Assembly: GCA_049724395.1 (NCBI GenBank) | Contig: JAUGWO010000067.1 | Location: forward strand, 62,001-126,000 | DNA from: Spongospora subterranea f. sp. subterranea | Lineage: Eukaryota | Length of the DNA: 64,000 nucleotides | Direction of reading: 5' to 3' | The notes under the pieces: generated by a model | Told to the model about the DNA's origin: nothing | Databases searched by the model: none | Seen by the model: the letters and a program-made list of their open reading frames with translations, nothing else | In this document: positions 1 through 13,500 of the stretch, piece by piece | Position numbering within the stretch: the stretch's first letter is position 1 | How the letters are laid out: each line of letters opens with the position of its first letter | Program-made: the position numbers and the translations under genes

Positions 1-1158
1 TCGAGTCTTATTTCCGACCGACTTTCACAAATAATTAGGGATCATTGTTTCAATGCGCTTAGATCTGCAGCTGAACTATGTGCTTCTAAAATCAGCGATG
101 ATTCTGAAATTGAACGCGCTTTGTTTCTTGGGGCGTTATGCCAACGGCTGTGGTTGGGATCTGTCAGTGCTAAGGAAGTGCTTGATTCGGAACAGTTCGA
201 AAAGTTACGTGGCATATTCTTGTCGGTGACGTTAAAGGCGTATTCTGTTTGGGTGCACTCCCAAGGATCGGCCCTGTGCAATAATCTCCAAATTGCAATC
301 GTGAAGTCGTTCAAAACGTGGGAGACCATCAAGGTCAATGAACTTGTTGATACCAAAGCTTGGGTCGTCATTGATAATGTTCAAGTTCCCTGTTACGCTT
401 CTCCGCATTTCACTTCATTGTTGTACAACCTCAATCAATGCATTCAGAATTTGCAGGAAGTGGAGTGTAACGCTGCCGTGTTTTCCTATATTCTTGGCCA
501 CGTAAGCTCCCTGATCTCAGCAAACGCCACAGATATTCTCCCGGCATTAGCCAAGTTACCTCAACCTGCTCGCATTCAATTCCTTTTTGACGTTTCTTTC
601 GTGTTTGCTTGCATTGCAATTCCAGCTAATGTACTCACGTCACATAATCTGTCCGATGACTATACTGTTCATGTTGCTACGTTATTAAGGTCTATCCGTT
701 CCATGATAGATCCCGTTACGGTTTCTGCGATTGATCACCCTTTACGAGAAAATATTTCGGTTCATGTTGCGCGGTGCTCCGTTGTGTTGGGCTCAATATG
801 TCGCAACGTCCCAGCGGTTTCTCTCCAGAAAATGCGAGCGTTTCAGTCAGCGGCAAACATTATTCCGTTAAGATCCGTCAATAATGTACATCTGCCAAAC
901 ATTCCTGTTGGCCTTTACACATCCAGAGTCGTTAAGCGGGATGAAATGATTGAGGCAACATGTGATGCAGATCCCCTCAACGAAGCAATCCCTTTAACAG
1001 AATCGCCTAAGAAACCAGATGTATCTTCAGGCGTCGATGCTCGCGTAGCTGCTTCCGCTACGAAGTGGTTCAATGACGCCACTATCGGTATCAGTTCCGC
1101 CACAAGCGGGTTTTCTTCTATGTTCAAACATTATTCTAAACAGCAACATCCATCATAA
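1..1158 (+). CDS. COG1: Conserved oligomeric Golgi complex subunit 1-like, 5' truncated by window
   Basis: Frame 1 is open from base 1 to TAA 1158. ERALFLGALCQRL and IQFLFDVSFV resemble COG1/Vps51-family C-terminal motifs. Confidence 0.65.
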   Translation, partial: SSLISDRLSQIIRDHCFNALRSAAELCASKISDDSEIERALFLGALCQRLWLGSVSAKEVLDSEQFEKLRGIFLSVTLKAYSVWVHSQGSALCNNLQIAIVKSFKTWETIKVNELVDTKAWVVIDNVQVPCYASPHFTSLLYNLNQCIQNLQEVECNAAVFSYILGHVSSLISANATDILPALAKLPQPARIQFLFDVSFVFACIAIPANVLTSHNLSDDYTVHVATLLRSIRSMIDPVTVSAIDHPLRENISVHVARCSVVLGSICRNVPAVSLQKMRAFQSAANIIPLRSVNNVHLPNIPVGLYTSRVVKRDEMIEATCDADPLNEAIPLTESPKKPDVSSGVDARVAASATKWFNDATIGISSATSGFSSMFKHYSKQQHPS

Positions 1159-1220
1159 GCTAGTTGTATCTGTCTATGATCAAATTCCGTACCTTTCAAA
1201 ACGATTACGGTTTCTAGGAA

Positions 1221-2006
1221 ATGGTTAGCTCGGCATTACAGTCGGCGATTCTCGACGTGGAATGTGATACAAGCGCAGCGTTCCGCGATGAAGAATTTGA
1301 GTCCTTGTCCAACGGTCTTGATCAGTTACAAACCGTTATTTCTGATGTTCAATTGGAGATGAGAGGCGTTCAGAGTATCAAGCAGCAATATGCAATTCTG
1401 CTTAACAAGTACCTGAGGCAGGCTGCAGAGTTGACCGAATTACAGACAACAATATCGCAGCTCAAAAAACAAAATTTCGATTTGGATGCAGCAAGTGCTA
1501 GATTACCGCAATGTGAGGAGCAGCTGCAAAAGCAGAAAAACCTCACTCAAGAAATCTCTGACGCACTACAATCAGCTACAGCCACATTAGCAAATCGAGA
1601 AGTTGAACATCAAACGGAAATTCAAACCAAAGAATCAATGCGAAAACATCAGGATCAGGTCATTGTCGATTTACACGAGAGGCTGCGTCAAACTCAAGCA
1701 AAGTCCGATATCGCAGTTCCATTTGCAGACACCGCTGCGACGGTGAAAGCTGATAACATGACGAAAGATGTTGATGTGCAGACGGAGAATGGCCCTTGTC
1801 CAGTGATTAGCTCTTATTTACAGCTGAAAGCTGTATCTACCTTACAGGAATGCGCTTTACGATCGAAATTCGGAGACCAGGATACCTCAAAAGAAAGCGC
1901 GTCCTTTTGGAATCGAATCAATACATACCAGCGCGAAACTGAGCAGCTAAAGAAGACGATTGATAAAATCAGCTCCTGTAACGTCAGAAGACGACGTTGT
2001 CCATAG
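1221..2006 (+). CDS. Coiled-coil hypothetical protein (261 aa, intronless)
   Basis: ATG-initiated ORF, Q/E/L heptad-rich. Confidence 0.7.
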   Translation: MVSSALQSAILDVECDTSAAFRDEEFESLSNGLDQLQTVISDVQLEMRGVQSIKQQYAILLNKYLRQAAELTELQTTISQLKKQNFDLDAASARLPQCEEQLQKQKNLTQEISDALQSATATLANREVEHQTEIQTKESMRKHQDQVIVDLHERLRQTQAKSDIAVPFADTAATVKADNMTKDVDVQTENGPCPVISSYLQLKAVSTLQECALRSKFGDQDTSKESASFWNRINTYQRETEQLKKTIDKISSCNVRRRRCP

Positions 2007-2093
2007 CGTAGCATTGAGACAAAACAAATATTATATTAAAAACTGCATAATATCGTTAGAGATCAGCTTTAACTGAGACATTATCAATGGGTT

Positions 2094-3290
2094 CTATGAG
2101 CTGTTCCTGCCATGAAGGCCGTTGATGTGGTTCTCCCTGTTGCTCATGATCGATTCTTCTGTTTTTCCTTCGGTTTTCTTGAATGTTTGAAACAAGAACG
2201 CAAATCGATGTAAAAATCCCTATTGTTGCAACATCAACGTTGGAAAATACACACTACAGCATTATTGACTACCTGATAATGCCTCGGACGAAGCAGCGGC
2301 GTCAGGAACCTCTTGCCCCAACGGAACATCGACATTTTCCTTTTCTATCGTCCTGCAAATTGAACAAAAATACTTTGCGCTTTTATCCTTCTTCAGCCTC
2401 GAAAGTTTCTGAGAAGAAATGTCTGCACATGCAACTTAGCTTAAAATTAGTTGACGAATTGATTGCCTGCACGTACCGTCGCATTTCGTATGAATCCAAA
2501 GGTCGCAACCATCACATTGGATCATAGATGAATCACCCCAAGGAAGTATGCAGATAGGGCAGCAGCTCTTTTTCTTTCTAGAATCTCGTGGCTTATTTTT
2601 GGCTACCCTAGGAACTGGGGTTCCTTGGGACGGCTGCTGGTGTAGAGCGGTTAGCTGAAGAACCGTCTCCTTCAACGTTGCAAGACCCTGGGCGGTCTCT
2701 AGCAAAGTTGACGTGACAGGCGAGAACGCAGATTGAGCGTGTGAGGAATCCACAGCGGGTGCTGTATGATCTTCCTGCCTTTCATCAAGATCTTGACTAT
2801 TTTCCCTGAGATCGGGTTTCTGATCTACCGCTTTACACCCTCGGCGATCTTTTCTAGAAGCTTGCTTGGCGTTTTCGGGAGACCTGTGTTTGAGCTTAGT
2901 CGAGGATTTCTGCTCCCTCGAGTTCATTCTTCTTCGATCCGGTTTGTGTTCTGTAAGGTTCCGTTTAATTGCCTTGCCATCTTGCCTGTTGTCTATTTCC
3001 ATTGGAAACCCCGCTTGGAGCGATGGTTCGTCCATCACCGGAACATTGGATTCTGGGCCATAAAGGGAACTGAATTCAGAAAGAAATGCAGAGAACGGAA
3101 TGATCGCCTCCGAACGCTCATCGTCATCGATACGAACATGACAATTGGAGTTGTCACTACGAACAAGCCCAATGATCGTGGCGACTTTCCCGACGAACCC
3201 TGGCGAGCACGCGCGAACCTGTGGGCAATCGAGCAAGATGCCCACGTGGCCGATGCGAGGGGCCGACGTGTTCCTGGTGGCTCGCCTCAT
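2094..3290 (-). CDS. PHD-finger protein (3 exons)
   Basis: CPIC...MIQCDGCDLWIHTKCD, then intron GTACGT..TGCAG, then YFCSIC completes the C4HC3 PHD. A second intron GTAGTC..AATAG leads to TAG at 2094. Confidence 0.8.
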
Positions 3291-3510
3291 GCAGCCCCCA
3301 GCCTATCCCTTGAGCTTATCGCTCTCCCCAGAATCAGATTATAAATATATAATAGCCGGCCAAAATCCCCTTTAAGCCGAATCACTGACGATTTACCAAA
3401 ATGAATCCATGACCACACTCTCCGCAAATTTGTTCGCGCAGTTTTGCCCCTCTGCAGTCAGCAGGGAATACACCTACCAGGGAACCGACGGTGTTTTGGC
3501 ACGGTTGGAT

Positions 3511-3816
3511 GGCGGAGGAAACGACATGGTTGGGTAACGAGTTTGGCGGAGGAAACGACATGGTTGGGTAACGAGTTTGGCGGAGGAAACGACATGGTTG
3601 GGTAACGAGTTTGGCGGAGGAAACGACATGGTTGGGTAACGAGTTTGGCGGAGGAAACGACATGGTTGGGTAACGAGTTTGGCGGAGGAAACGACATGGT
3701 TGGGTAACGAGTTTGGCGGAGGAAACGACATGGTTGGGTAACGAGTTTGGCGGAGGAAACGACATGGTTGGGTAACGAGTTTGGCGGAGGAAACGACATG
3801 GTTGGGTAACGAGTTT
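3511..3816. repeat. Minisatellite, 9 exact copies of 34-bp GGCGGAGGAAACGACATGGTTGGGTAACGAGTTT
   Basis: Counted directly. Degenerate copies flank the array. Confidence 0.97.
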
Positions 3817-4547
3817 GGCAACGAGGTTGGTTGAGGAGGCGATGGGGAAACGACGATGGTTAGAGAGATAGCAGTTGATATGGTTAGGTGGGGCCGTCAA
3901 CAGAATCGTTTGGAGTCTAAGCCTAGGTCTCAGTCCAAGTTCCCACCAACAGAATATGAGGAATGGCGACTAGATCCTGACAGATCATTTTGCAGGTCGA
4001 GCCTCTCTTTCTGTGAATCACGAGGTTGGACGTGTAAGGTTCGAACCACAGGTCATCTTTCTCATTCACTGCGAAGAAGGCGTCGTTTTCATCTCGCTTG
4101 AGCTGTTTTCATCCTTATACCCTTCCTCCCGTATTCTTCGGCATCGTCAATCGTACTTCTCTTGGAAACCCTGGGAACAGCAAAGCCTTTTATCTCTGTG
4201 CGGGCAGCTGTCGCTCCAGATAGTCCAAGGTACAGTATGGATGCGATAATCATGCCATTTTTTGGAAGTTTCCAAGCACAGCCGGGAGAGCCTTGAGCCA
4301 AATCAGACTTTTACTGCCTGTGTTGTGCCGTGATTACGCCGGTGGAGAGGCAATGCTGGGCCTTTTCGACACTGACGGTTGGCACAGTTTCAACAAGGCA
4401 ACGCCGTGATGTCGTGCGAATGGCGCAAAGACAACGTAATCGAACCGGTCGTTGTAACTTTCTGATCGTCAATCGCGGTCACATGTGGAATAAATAATCA
4501 CATCGACTACTATATATATATTATTTTTTGGTTTGGGGTTCGCGATC

Positions 4548-7500
4548 TTACATCCACGCGCTCCAGCCATGGAACATTGGCGCCAGATTTGCTGATGATG
4601 TCGCGTCGAGGATCAGCTTCCTCACCTGGCCTTGCACACTGAGAATATCTCCGTCTTCTCGTCCTTCTAGCTTCCGTTTCACGCTCAAGCATGCTCGGAC
4701 TGCATTGTTGTTCGCTTCGCTTTTCTCTGGTTCATTTTCGGTTTTTACTTCGCCATCGGGCGTGCTGCAAGTCTAAAACGTCGCCATCAGACTATTATAC
4801 TAGAGAAACGAGTCTTGTTGTTAACCTGCTGAAATTGTTTACATTTTTCGGATGATATCGACCATCTGTACAGTGGATCGAATTTGAAGACATCAATCAG
4901 CGTCAAAATCGCATCCTGAAAATTGCAATTAGAACAACCAGAACTGATGCGGAAAGAGCATTCGCTAGCCTGATTCTCTCTCAAAAGTTCGAGAACAGAC
5001 TCAGCCGATCTTCTGAATACGCCTTCCACTCCGGTAACTCCCATAGCATCCACAATATCTCGAGTCAAGCGGAATGGCACAGTTTCCGGTTTTTTCAAGA
5101 GTTTACCTAGAAAGCAAGCAGGTGCTCAATGACAATACTGCTCAAACAAGTGCTTGGCACCTTGATCAAACGCGATTCCAAGATCAATATGGATAAGCGT
5201 AAAATTGTCCTTATCAATGAGAATATTTTGGCAATGACGGTCGCCAAGCCCAATGATATATCCTACAATGCTGCTAACAGCGACGCTCCTTGAGTATCGC
5301 ACTTGGGCTCTTAGCCAGGATTCAGGCGAATACGAAAAGTATTCGTTCAAAAAATGATGAAACACTGGTCGAAAATGTTGGGTAATTGTGTTGTATACCT
5401 GTTCCGTAAGTTAAAGAGTATACCGATATTTTCGTATATCACAAACGGCATTACTTTGAGAGCATTGTTAATCGGAGTATCGCGAACTCTGGATCTGCAA
5501 TAATCAATTGTCCAGTCATCGCAATGATATTTAGCGTGAGCCGGGACTAGATAATCGCCTGAAAGCAAGGCATTGCACTTTAGAAAATCATTTTCTGACG
5601 ATGTTTTCCAGGTTCCGACCTAAAGATACAGCGTTTTTAATGAACTGAACAAGCCCAATACATGGGGTCAAAGGAACGACGTTGTAAGTCCTCATGTGTA
5701 AGCAATTCTGAGCCGCATTTCGATCTGCTGCCAGGAAACTATTAACAAGTTGGAATACTTGCTCCATAACTGCATCTTGGCGAAGATCGTCATTGGGTTT
5801 TACAAGTTCCTATATCAACGTTAAGCCTGGATAAACAAAATCCTGTTATGTAACGCAACCTGATGATGTGAGCCATCGCTACAAGTGAACGATACGATAA
5901 CGGGTCTGTTGATTCCACTGGGAGCGAAACGGGCATATCGATCGAAAGAAACGATGCTGTTTGTGGACGCAAGTGTGGCACCATAATGATCGCTGTACTT
6001 GGTTGGAAAGCCTCTGATGCTGATCAACGAAAATAAAATGGGGAATACCAATTTCACATACCGAGTTGGCGCGCAAACAAAACGCAACACATTTGATTTA
6101 GAGAGTTTACCTAAAGCTAATGATTGAAGATCTATCCGGGACTGCCTGGCAGGCCATTTTTGTGAAGACAATTCAATGTACGACTCTGACAGTTTCATCT
6201 GACAAATAACGTGAATATGAATTCCCACACCACTTGATTTGATCATACTTGAGCAGATATGCACTGTTCTAATTCCGGTGACTCTGCAATCAACGAACGC
6301 AAGAGCTTTTTAGCTTGTTGTTGTTTATCCTTATTCATGTCATATGCGGTGTTCATCCGATGATTCCGGATAGAAACGCGGTCCAAATTGCATAACGCAA
6401 TCAGAGTAAACATGAACTACAACGTATGGTGAATAAATTGGTGCCCAGGTTTTCATTAAATACCCACGATTTGCGGATGGCGAGTGAGTATTCGCTGAAG
6501 CAGACGGAGAACAGTCACATGGAAAAGCATTCTAGCAATCGATAAGAATAGATCATTTTTGGAAGAAGACGCTACTGATACATACATTGGGTCAGAATCC
6601 AAACTTTCGGTCGACATGTGATCTGCAACGCTCTGAATTCGTGAGGAAATCTGGGGAAACAAAGGAAGAAATTTGGAAGAATCCAAAATATCAACAGCCC
6701 GAAGAACCGCTTGAGAGATTATAGAAAATCTGGACCATACGCAAACACTTCAGCAAGAAAAACATGTTACAAAAGGAAAGAACACCTCTGGTACAAGTTA
6801 AACCAAATTGAGATAAGTCGATACAAAGCTTGAAGATCGTGGCGATCACCAAGCTGCATACTGATGATGTAATTAGACACAGAGTGCTGAGCAAGCGTCG
6901 CAATGCGCTCCTGGGAGCGCTGCAAGGTAGCTTCATCATCATTAAATTGAAGCTAGATCAAATGTTAATACAACCCTACAGAAAACAGCATTCATTTTGA
7001 AACCTGTAGAGATTTTACATAGCCTTTTAATCTCTGAACTTCTCCATCAGATTGTTGCCCAGTACGGGTATGGTCCAGCTGCTGTTTTAACCGAAAGAGC
7101 TCAGCAGCCCTCTTGGCATGCAAAACAGAGATAAACTGATCTTCAGCATCAGTTTCTTTGTCAAGCAGATTATGAAGAATTCTATCTTGAAATGACGCCA
7201 GATAGAAATACGCATCAGGACTGACAGAAAGATGAGTGCACGCCCGCTGGAATCTGCAATTGCAAATTACAAAAGAGACACAGCAAATATCAAATTGATA
7301 AACCTATCGACGACGAAATCATATTGGTGGGACTTGGCATGGGCAGCCCATCTCCCAAGGCATAGGTTGCCCTCTGCGACTAGATCGTCTTGAATACATT
7401 GCGGATCATCAACCAAACGCATCATTGACATAATAGCGCGGGAATGTTGCCCCCGAGACCACATAAGCCTTGCGTTTTGATGGTTTAATGCGAATTCATC

Positions 7501-10500
7501 ATTTGATCCGAATAGTCGACATCGATACTGAAATGAAGCTGCCAAAGGCTCATTTTGGAGTTTGATAAAATGCTGACACTGCTGAACGCAATATTTTGAA
7601 TAGGTGTCAGGATGAAGTGCCCGCAGAAGAACAGCCATGATATCCCTGATGAGCTCGGGCTGATCTTCATGAATATATAGCGACTCTTTGCTCGGAGAAT
7701 GTACCATGTGGTAAATCAACGACAAGACACTGAATTGGCTAATTATATTGAAAAGAGACTCACCGTATTCATCAAAACAAACGACATCGGACACGAGGTT
7801 GGAGCTAGTTTTCAAAATAAATTCATTTGGTAGTGATAAGCAACCTGAGGCAATATCGCGCAGCACAGCATATACGTCCTCTTGAAATGAAGATGAATGA
7901 CTGGGAGATGCATCTAAAGTCCAATCAGCAAAGTTCCACGCAGCTTCGTATACGAATGGGGAAGTCGAGCCAGAAATGCTTTAGGTCATGTCAGAGAGAT
8001 AGAAGGAACTCATCCTAACAACTAACGCAACGTACTGTTTCAGAAGTGACTGACACTGGAGATTACGCAGTGACTCTTGAATTGTTATGTCGTTTTGGAC
8101 ATCAGCGCACGAGAATTGCAGATTATCACAGTGCTGCAATATCTTCAACCAATTGCCTATAGTGTCGATTAATTACAAAATCGAAAGCAATAAACATGAT
8201 TCATCAAACCTTGCCGATAGTGAAGGAGGTGCTCAGTTTCATCGGAGAAGTCACCAAAACTTGCTCCATAACTGCGGCAAACTGAGTTCAATCTTACTAA
8301 AAAACATACTCACTAACAATACGTCCTTATCGACGAACTCCGTCGACGTTTTGGTGAGCAAACTACGGAACAGTTGCTCGTCTGTAGTCTCTAATAAAAA
8401 ACAAACTCTAAAAAAACTAGGATTCCTAGTAATAACTATCGATACCTTGATATCTCTCGCCACAGACAACGGCACTGATCCCCAATGGGCTATTACAAGT
8501 TTGCTTCTCACACCAAATGCACAATAACATGAACGCGGTAATATGGCGACCGTTACTATGACAAGCTTTGGCAAGAGAGAGTAGATTGAGTCTGGCTGAA
8601 AACCAAACAAATTTTCGGAATTAACACTTCAATAAACGGATATGGCGGAGGTTACTCTCAAATCGCTGAAAAGGCAAAATATCTTGCAAAGACTGTGGGA
8701 CCAAAGACGACTCCCGCTTGGAACCGTCAAAAATAGGGCCCAACAAACCCAACGCCGCCTAAAACATGTCACTTAAAAGTGCAGATGAATAAAATACGGT
8801 TTACTTTGTATTGGCGAATGAGTTGCATGGTCGATAAGACAACCGCAAGGATTTTGGAATAGGTTTTTTTAGAAGAAGAACCACGTTTCGACACAGCGTT
8901 GACCAGCGTGGCTAAACTTTCGGAAAATCCGTAGGTACGATGGCCATTGCCATCATGAAATGCTCGTGACGTTTGTTTTAGCATCTCTAGCACCTGAAAG
9001 CCGTCATCAGTGAAATGCTTGACAGATTGTGGCGCTTACCAGCAACGGAAACAGCTGAGCTGCAAATGTATCACTAACACAAACAAGCTGCAAGCAGGCG
9101 CGAAGCGAATCATCATGACAGCTACGAGCCAAACTAGCCGTAACCGTTCGAATCCACGCAGAAAAGGTCAAATTCGTAGGAGGAATGAGCCAAGCTGAAG
9201 GCAGTGGTTCAGAAATGCATGGAGGTGCGACTGTTGTCTGATAGTATATCAATTGGAAGAAACAATTATTTCGGACATTTCTTCTCACTGTAACTACAAA
9301 AGGGTTTAAGAGTTCAACCCAATCCGCTTCGAGAAGAGCAACCGAATTATGACCCACTAAAATTTCAAGACCAACAGCACTTGCGAATATAATTTCTGGA
9401 TTATTGTTGACCAAGTTGGAGCACAAGCTGGACAGAATCCATCTAAATTAATGATTAAGAGAATTGTGTAAAAGAAAAACGGTTAATGGTGTACCGGTTT
9501 CGATAATTGACATCGTATAACGCCTTAGATTTATCGTCATTGTTACGATAAATATCATCGAAACGATTTCGACCAAGAAACATGGCGAATGAACCGATAA
9601 CTCGCCCAGCAAGCTCTTGCTATAGAACAATAAGGTTTTAATTAACGATATTTGAGCAACAAACCTGAGGGAGCGTGGCAGTGGATAAAATTCTAGGAAT
9701 TGCATGAAACACACGAACAAGAACGTCATCAGATATGTTTTTCAACTCAGAACCGCTTTCGGAACCCTGTAGAACTCTAGCCATGTCGTAAATAGATGAA
9801 GAGCGGATACGATTTATGATCAACCTCAATAGCCGGGACATTCTTGACTGATTGGACAATTCCTGACATAACAACGCGCTTTCCGAGCAGAAGTCGGAAA
9901 AATGTCGTAATTCCTCAAGAAGAGTACCTAGTCAAATAATAAATCTCTCAAGAACTAAACGATGACCATGGATTCTAACCACGATCAGGACATAAGTCTT
10001 GCAGGTGCAATGGTGTCTGCCAATCGCAGAGCAAGTATGAGGACGCCAGATCCATCGCAAACGGTACTAATACTATGAAATGGTGAATAAACGGTCGATA
10101 GAATTTGATAGCGGCTACATTGACGGCTTCGAGAATAAACCGTTTCGAATATAAAGGAGACAATAGGCATTGTAACGCTCGACTGTGCGCAATCGGTTGC
10201 AAGCCACAACAATGTTGAAAAAATCTGGCGCAGAACAGCTGAGACCAACAGACACTCGTCCGGTAACAGTTGAATCAAGTTTATGAAAGAATCCACCTGT
10301 GCAGCATTGTTGAAAAGATATTGCATGGTGATTAGTAATATATTTACCAAAGAGCGAAATTTGATTTTATGGGAAGGAAGCAACCTTTTTAACATGATCC
10401 GCAGAGAGACGAGCAAATTATGCAAGCAAGTTCCCGAACTCTCATTTCCGAGAAGAAGTTCTGCAATTGACGAAAACCTAGCATAGTGTTAACCACAAGC

Positions 10501-13500
10501 ACATTTTCAAAACGTAGAATGTACTTGAACTGTGACGATAAAGCAGAAAGCGCTGCATGAAGGGATTCTGGAGGAAGACCTGTTGGACCTTCAACAGAGG
10601 TGCCCTGACATCTTTGATGAAATAAAACAATGACGATTTTTTCCAAGGAACCTTACTTCAAAAGTATGGATCACAATTTGCTGAACGTCGAGATGTTTTA
10701 AAAGGTTCGAACTTGTGGCAAATATCTACAAAGAAAGTAAACTTGAGAAAAAAACTGGTTTGATTTGCCCGTACCTCATCAGGTAGTGAAATTTTAGGAA
10801 TTCGTTGGCGAATCATTTGAAACAGAGCACGAGAAAAAACAAAAGTCGCTGTTTTCTTGCGAATTGTGTCAACGTCATAACGAGACATATATACAGTGCA
10901 TAATTGTGACGCTGGATTCCGGTTTCCGTAACATAAACCGGAAACAATTCGATTCAAAAAATCGCCAGGAAGATTATTTAGATCTATCAAGAGCAGCATA
11001 AGATAGCTCATGTGAAGACGTCATATGAATCTACCTAGTTGAGGATTATCCGGAAGAAACAGATGCCAAGGAAAACATGATATGTATTCCGACGTAGGAG
11101 CATCACAATGTGCAATATAGGCATGAAAGATCGATTCAAAGTATTCAATAAGAAGAACAGCCACAGATGAATCATACAACAATGACAGCTGGGTTATAGC
11201 ATTGAGCGCAAGCCCCCTATCATACAATACAAAGAGGTTTCAGTTATTTAGTACATACATTGAAGCATGTACGTTGGAGACCTACCTGGCGAACGCGGGT
11301 TGGAAACTAGATGCAAAACGGCACATGATTGCAACCACACCGCAGAGCTCTTTTGGAACCTGAGAGCCCAGCTCCACTAGAAACCTCAGTGCAGATAAAA
11401 CTCTCCCCTAAGGGAATTACATTTTCAACTTCAATAATATTGCGTTTTGTGGACTGACATGATCTGGATTTTCAGAGTCACGTAATGATTCATCCAAGTA
11501 CTCGGAAATATTAATAATTAGTGACCGTGCTAAAGAATTTGCTTCTTGTAATGCACAAATGGTCCGAATGGCAGACAATCCAGATTGGCGTCGTACAATA
11601 AAGTCGAGGTCACCGCAGCCGTTTTCAATGAGACTCTACGAAATTTGGTCGAAAACGGTATCATATTGCTTGGCTGAACACGTTACCTGTGGATCAAAAA
11701 GCGCCGAACGCTTGCAATCATAGAAAGAAGAGAATGATTGGCATACTCTGTACACAACTATGCGTGCACAGCGAGGTAACTCATTTTGAATCTCTTCATC
11801 AGACGATTGAACCCTTGACAAAAAGGAGCAGTAATGAAACACGGCCCGTTCTGGGGTAGGGCCCGATAAGATGGTAGGAAGAATGGATAAACTGAGGGTC
11901 ACAGCAACTAGATTTCCTTTGGCACACCTTATCAAGGAAATAAGAAACACATCAGAGCCGAAACCAAGAACATGATACGCCTTACGGATTTTCAGAATTG
12001 GTGACGGAATCCAGAAAAGTCAGTGCCGATTCGTGATTGCGACTCATTAACGCGAAAGCTGTACGAAAAGAATGGCAATGAAGAAGTAGTGTTCCGACGT
12101 TTTGAAACTCAAAAACTGGGCTAATAACGGCCATAATTTCACAGAGTTTTATCAAAACAGGAAGTGCATGACCTAACGTCATTTGTAAAAATCACGAGTA
12201 AGATGCAGATCACGGTAGACCGATACTCTCGACTCTCGTGATAAACAGAGGATGAATATCCAATGGTTGTCCGAGATTCTATAACATTGTTTGCCAGAAA
12301 TAATATCCTTTTTTGAACATGAGGTTGAATTATAACCAATAGTTCATTCGATAGACATGAAGCAATAGCTCCCAAGTGATGTATTGCCGCTGCTTCCATA
12401 ACTGAAATGTTATCGAAACCACCTATATTGCATTGACGGTTCAAACAAAGAAATTTGCACATTCAACGTCATACAGGTTTCACTCCATAAGTGCTTGGCG
12501 CAATAGGCAGCATGATTCGGTGATATAAACGCACAAACATGAAGTAATCGTAGCCTTTGGAGAGTAGAATAAGAAGAAAATTGAGTCAAAAACCGCTGAA
12601 AAATCAAGTCAATCTCATGAGAGATAGATGCACTTAGACAAGTTCGTAATGCGATCGCAATCAACTGCAGAATTTGAAAATACAGATTGAAACTGTTCTT
12701 CAGACCAATCTAAAATGCCCAAGGCTGGATCTGGAACAAGAAATGTAAGGACAAAACTAAAGCAGGAAATAAAAATTGGACCCGATGGCTGATCAACGAT
12801 GGGTAAAACTACGATTCCTGTAGTTTCACTACTTTGAAGCCCACAATCAAATTTGTCGCCTTTACCGCAGAGTCGGGCAATTGCCTTGATTATTGCAATG
12901 GACTGCAACAGGAGGTGAACACTCATTTAATCAGTTCTGAACAAATTCACAAACCCGATGATAATTATTATCTGCAACAACCCTAACGCAGTCAAAATCA
13001 ACGCGACTGATGTCTTCATCATGCTCAACGATGGATTGCAGCAATAGTTTAACGCGTCCAATAACAAATTCAAGCCCACATCTACCAGTCACTACAACAG
13101 CTATCAGAGACACTATACACATAACAATACCAAAATCACCTTCAGCAATGTTGGACATACACAGGGCTGAATAAGCGTCGACAAGTGCAGGGACCGATAG
13201 TCGAAGAATTGACACAATTTTCGCATCAAGAGCAACGTCCAGTGGTGCCAACCAACAAAAAAGTCTCGAAGTCTGTTTTCGGTTAGCTGCAAAAGAACAT
13301 TCCAGGTACGAGTGTTATACCTGAGCAATCAACGACGGATTACGGGGTGAAACCGTACTGACGAGGTTCAAGATGGCGTCGACGTCTGTCGGATCAGCAA
13401 GAGGACCAGAAACCGAGGAACGAGAATAACGGTACATTAACGTCAATCGTAGCGTTGCCATAAGCCAAATTAAGCGCAATACAGAGGAGTTGCGTTCAAG

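Noticed and set aside
3511..3816. CRISPR-like array (also 54496-55553, 60610-60869, 48659-48791)
   Set aside because: Head-to-tail repeats without unique spacers (or only 3 units with unequal spacers), no cas genes, and a eukaryotic context.
3382..3900. Minus-strand ORFs across the 34-bp array
   Set aside because: All three frames give the same 34-aa cycle, an artefact of the repeat.
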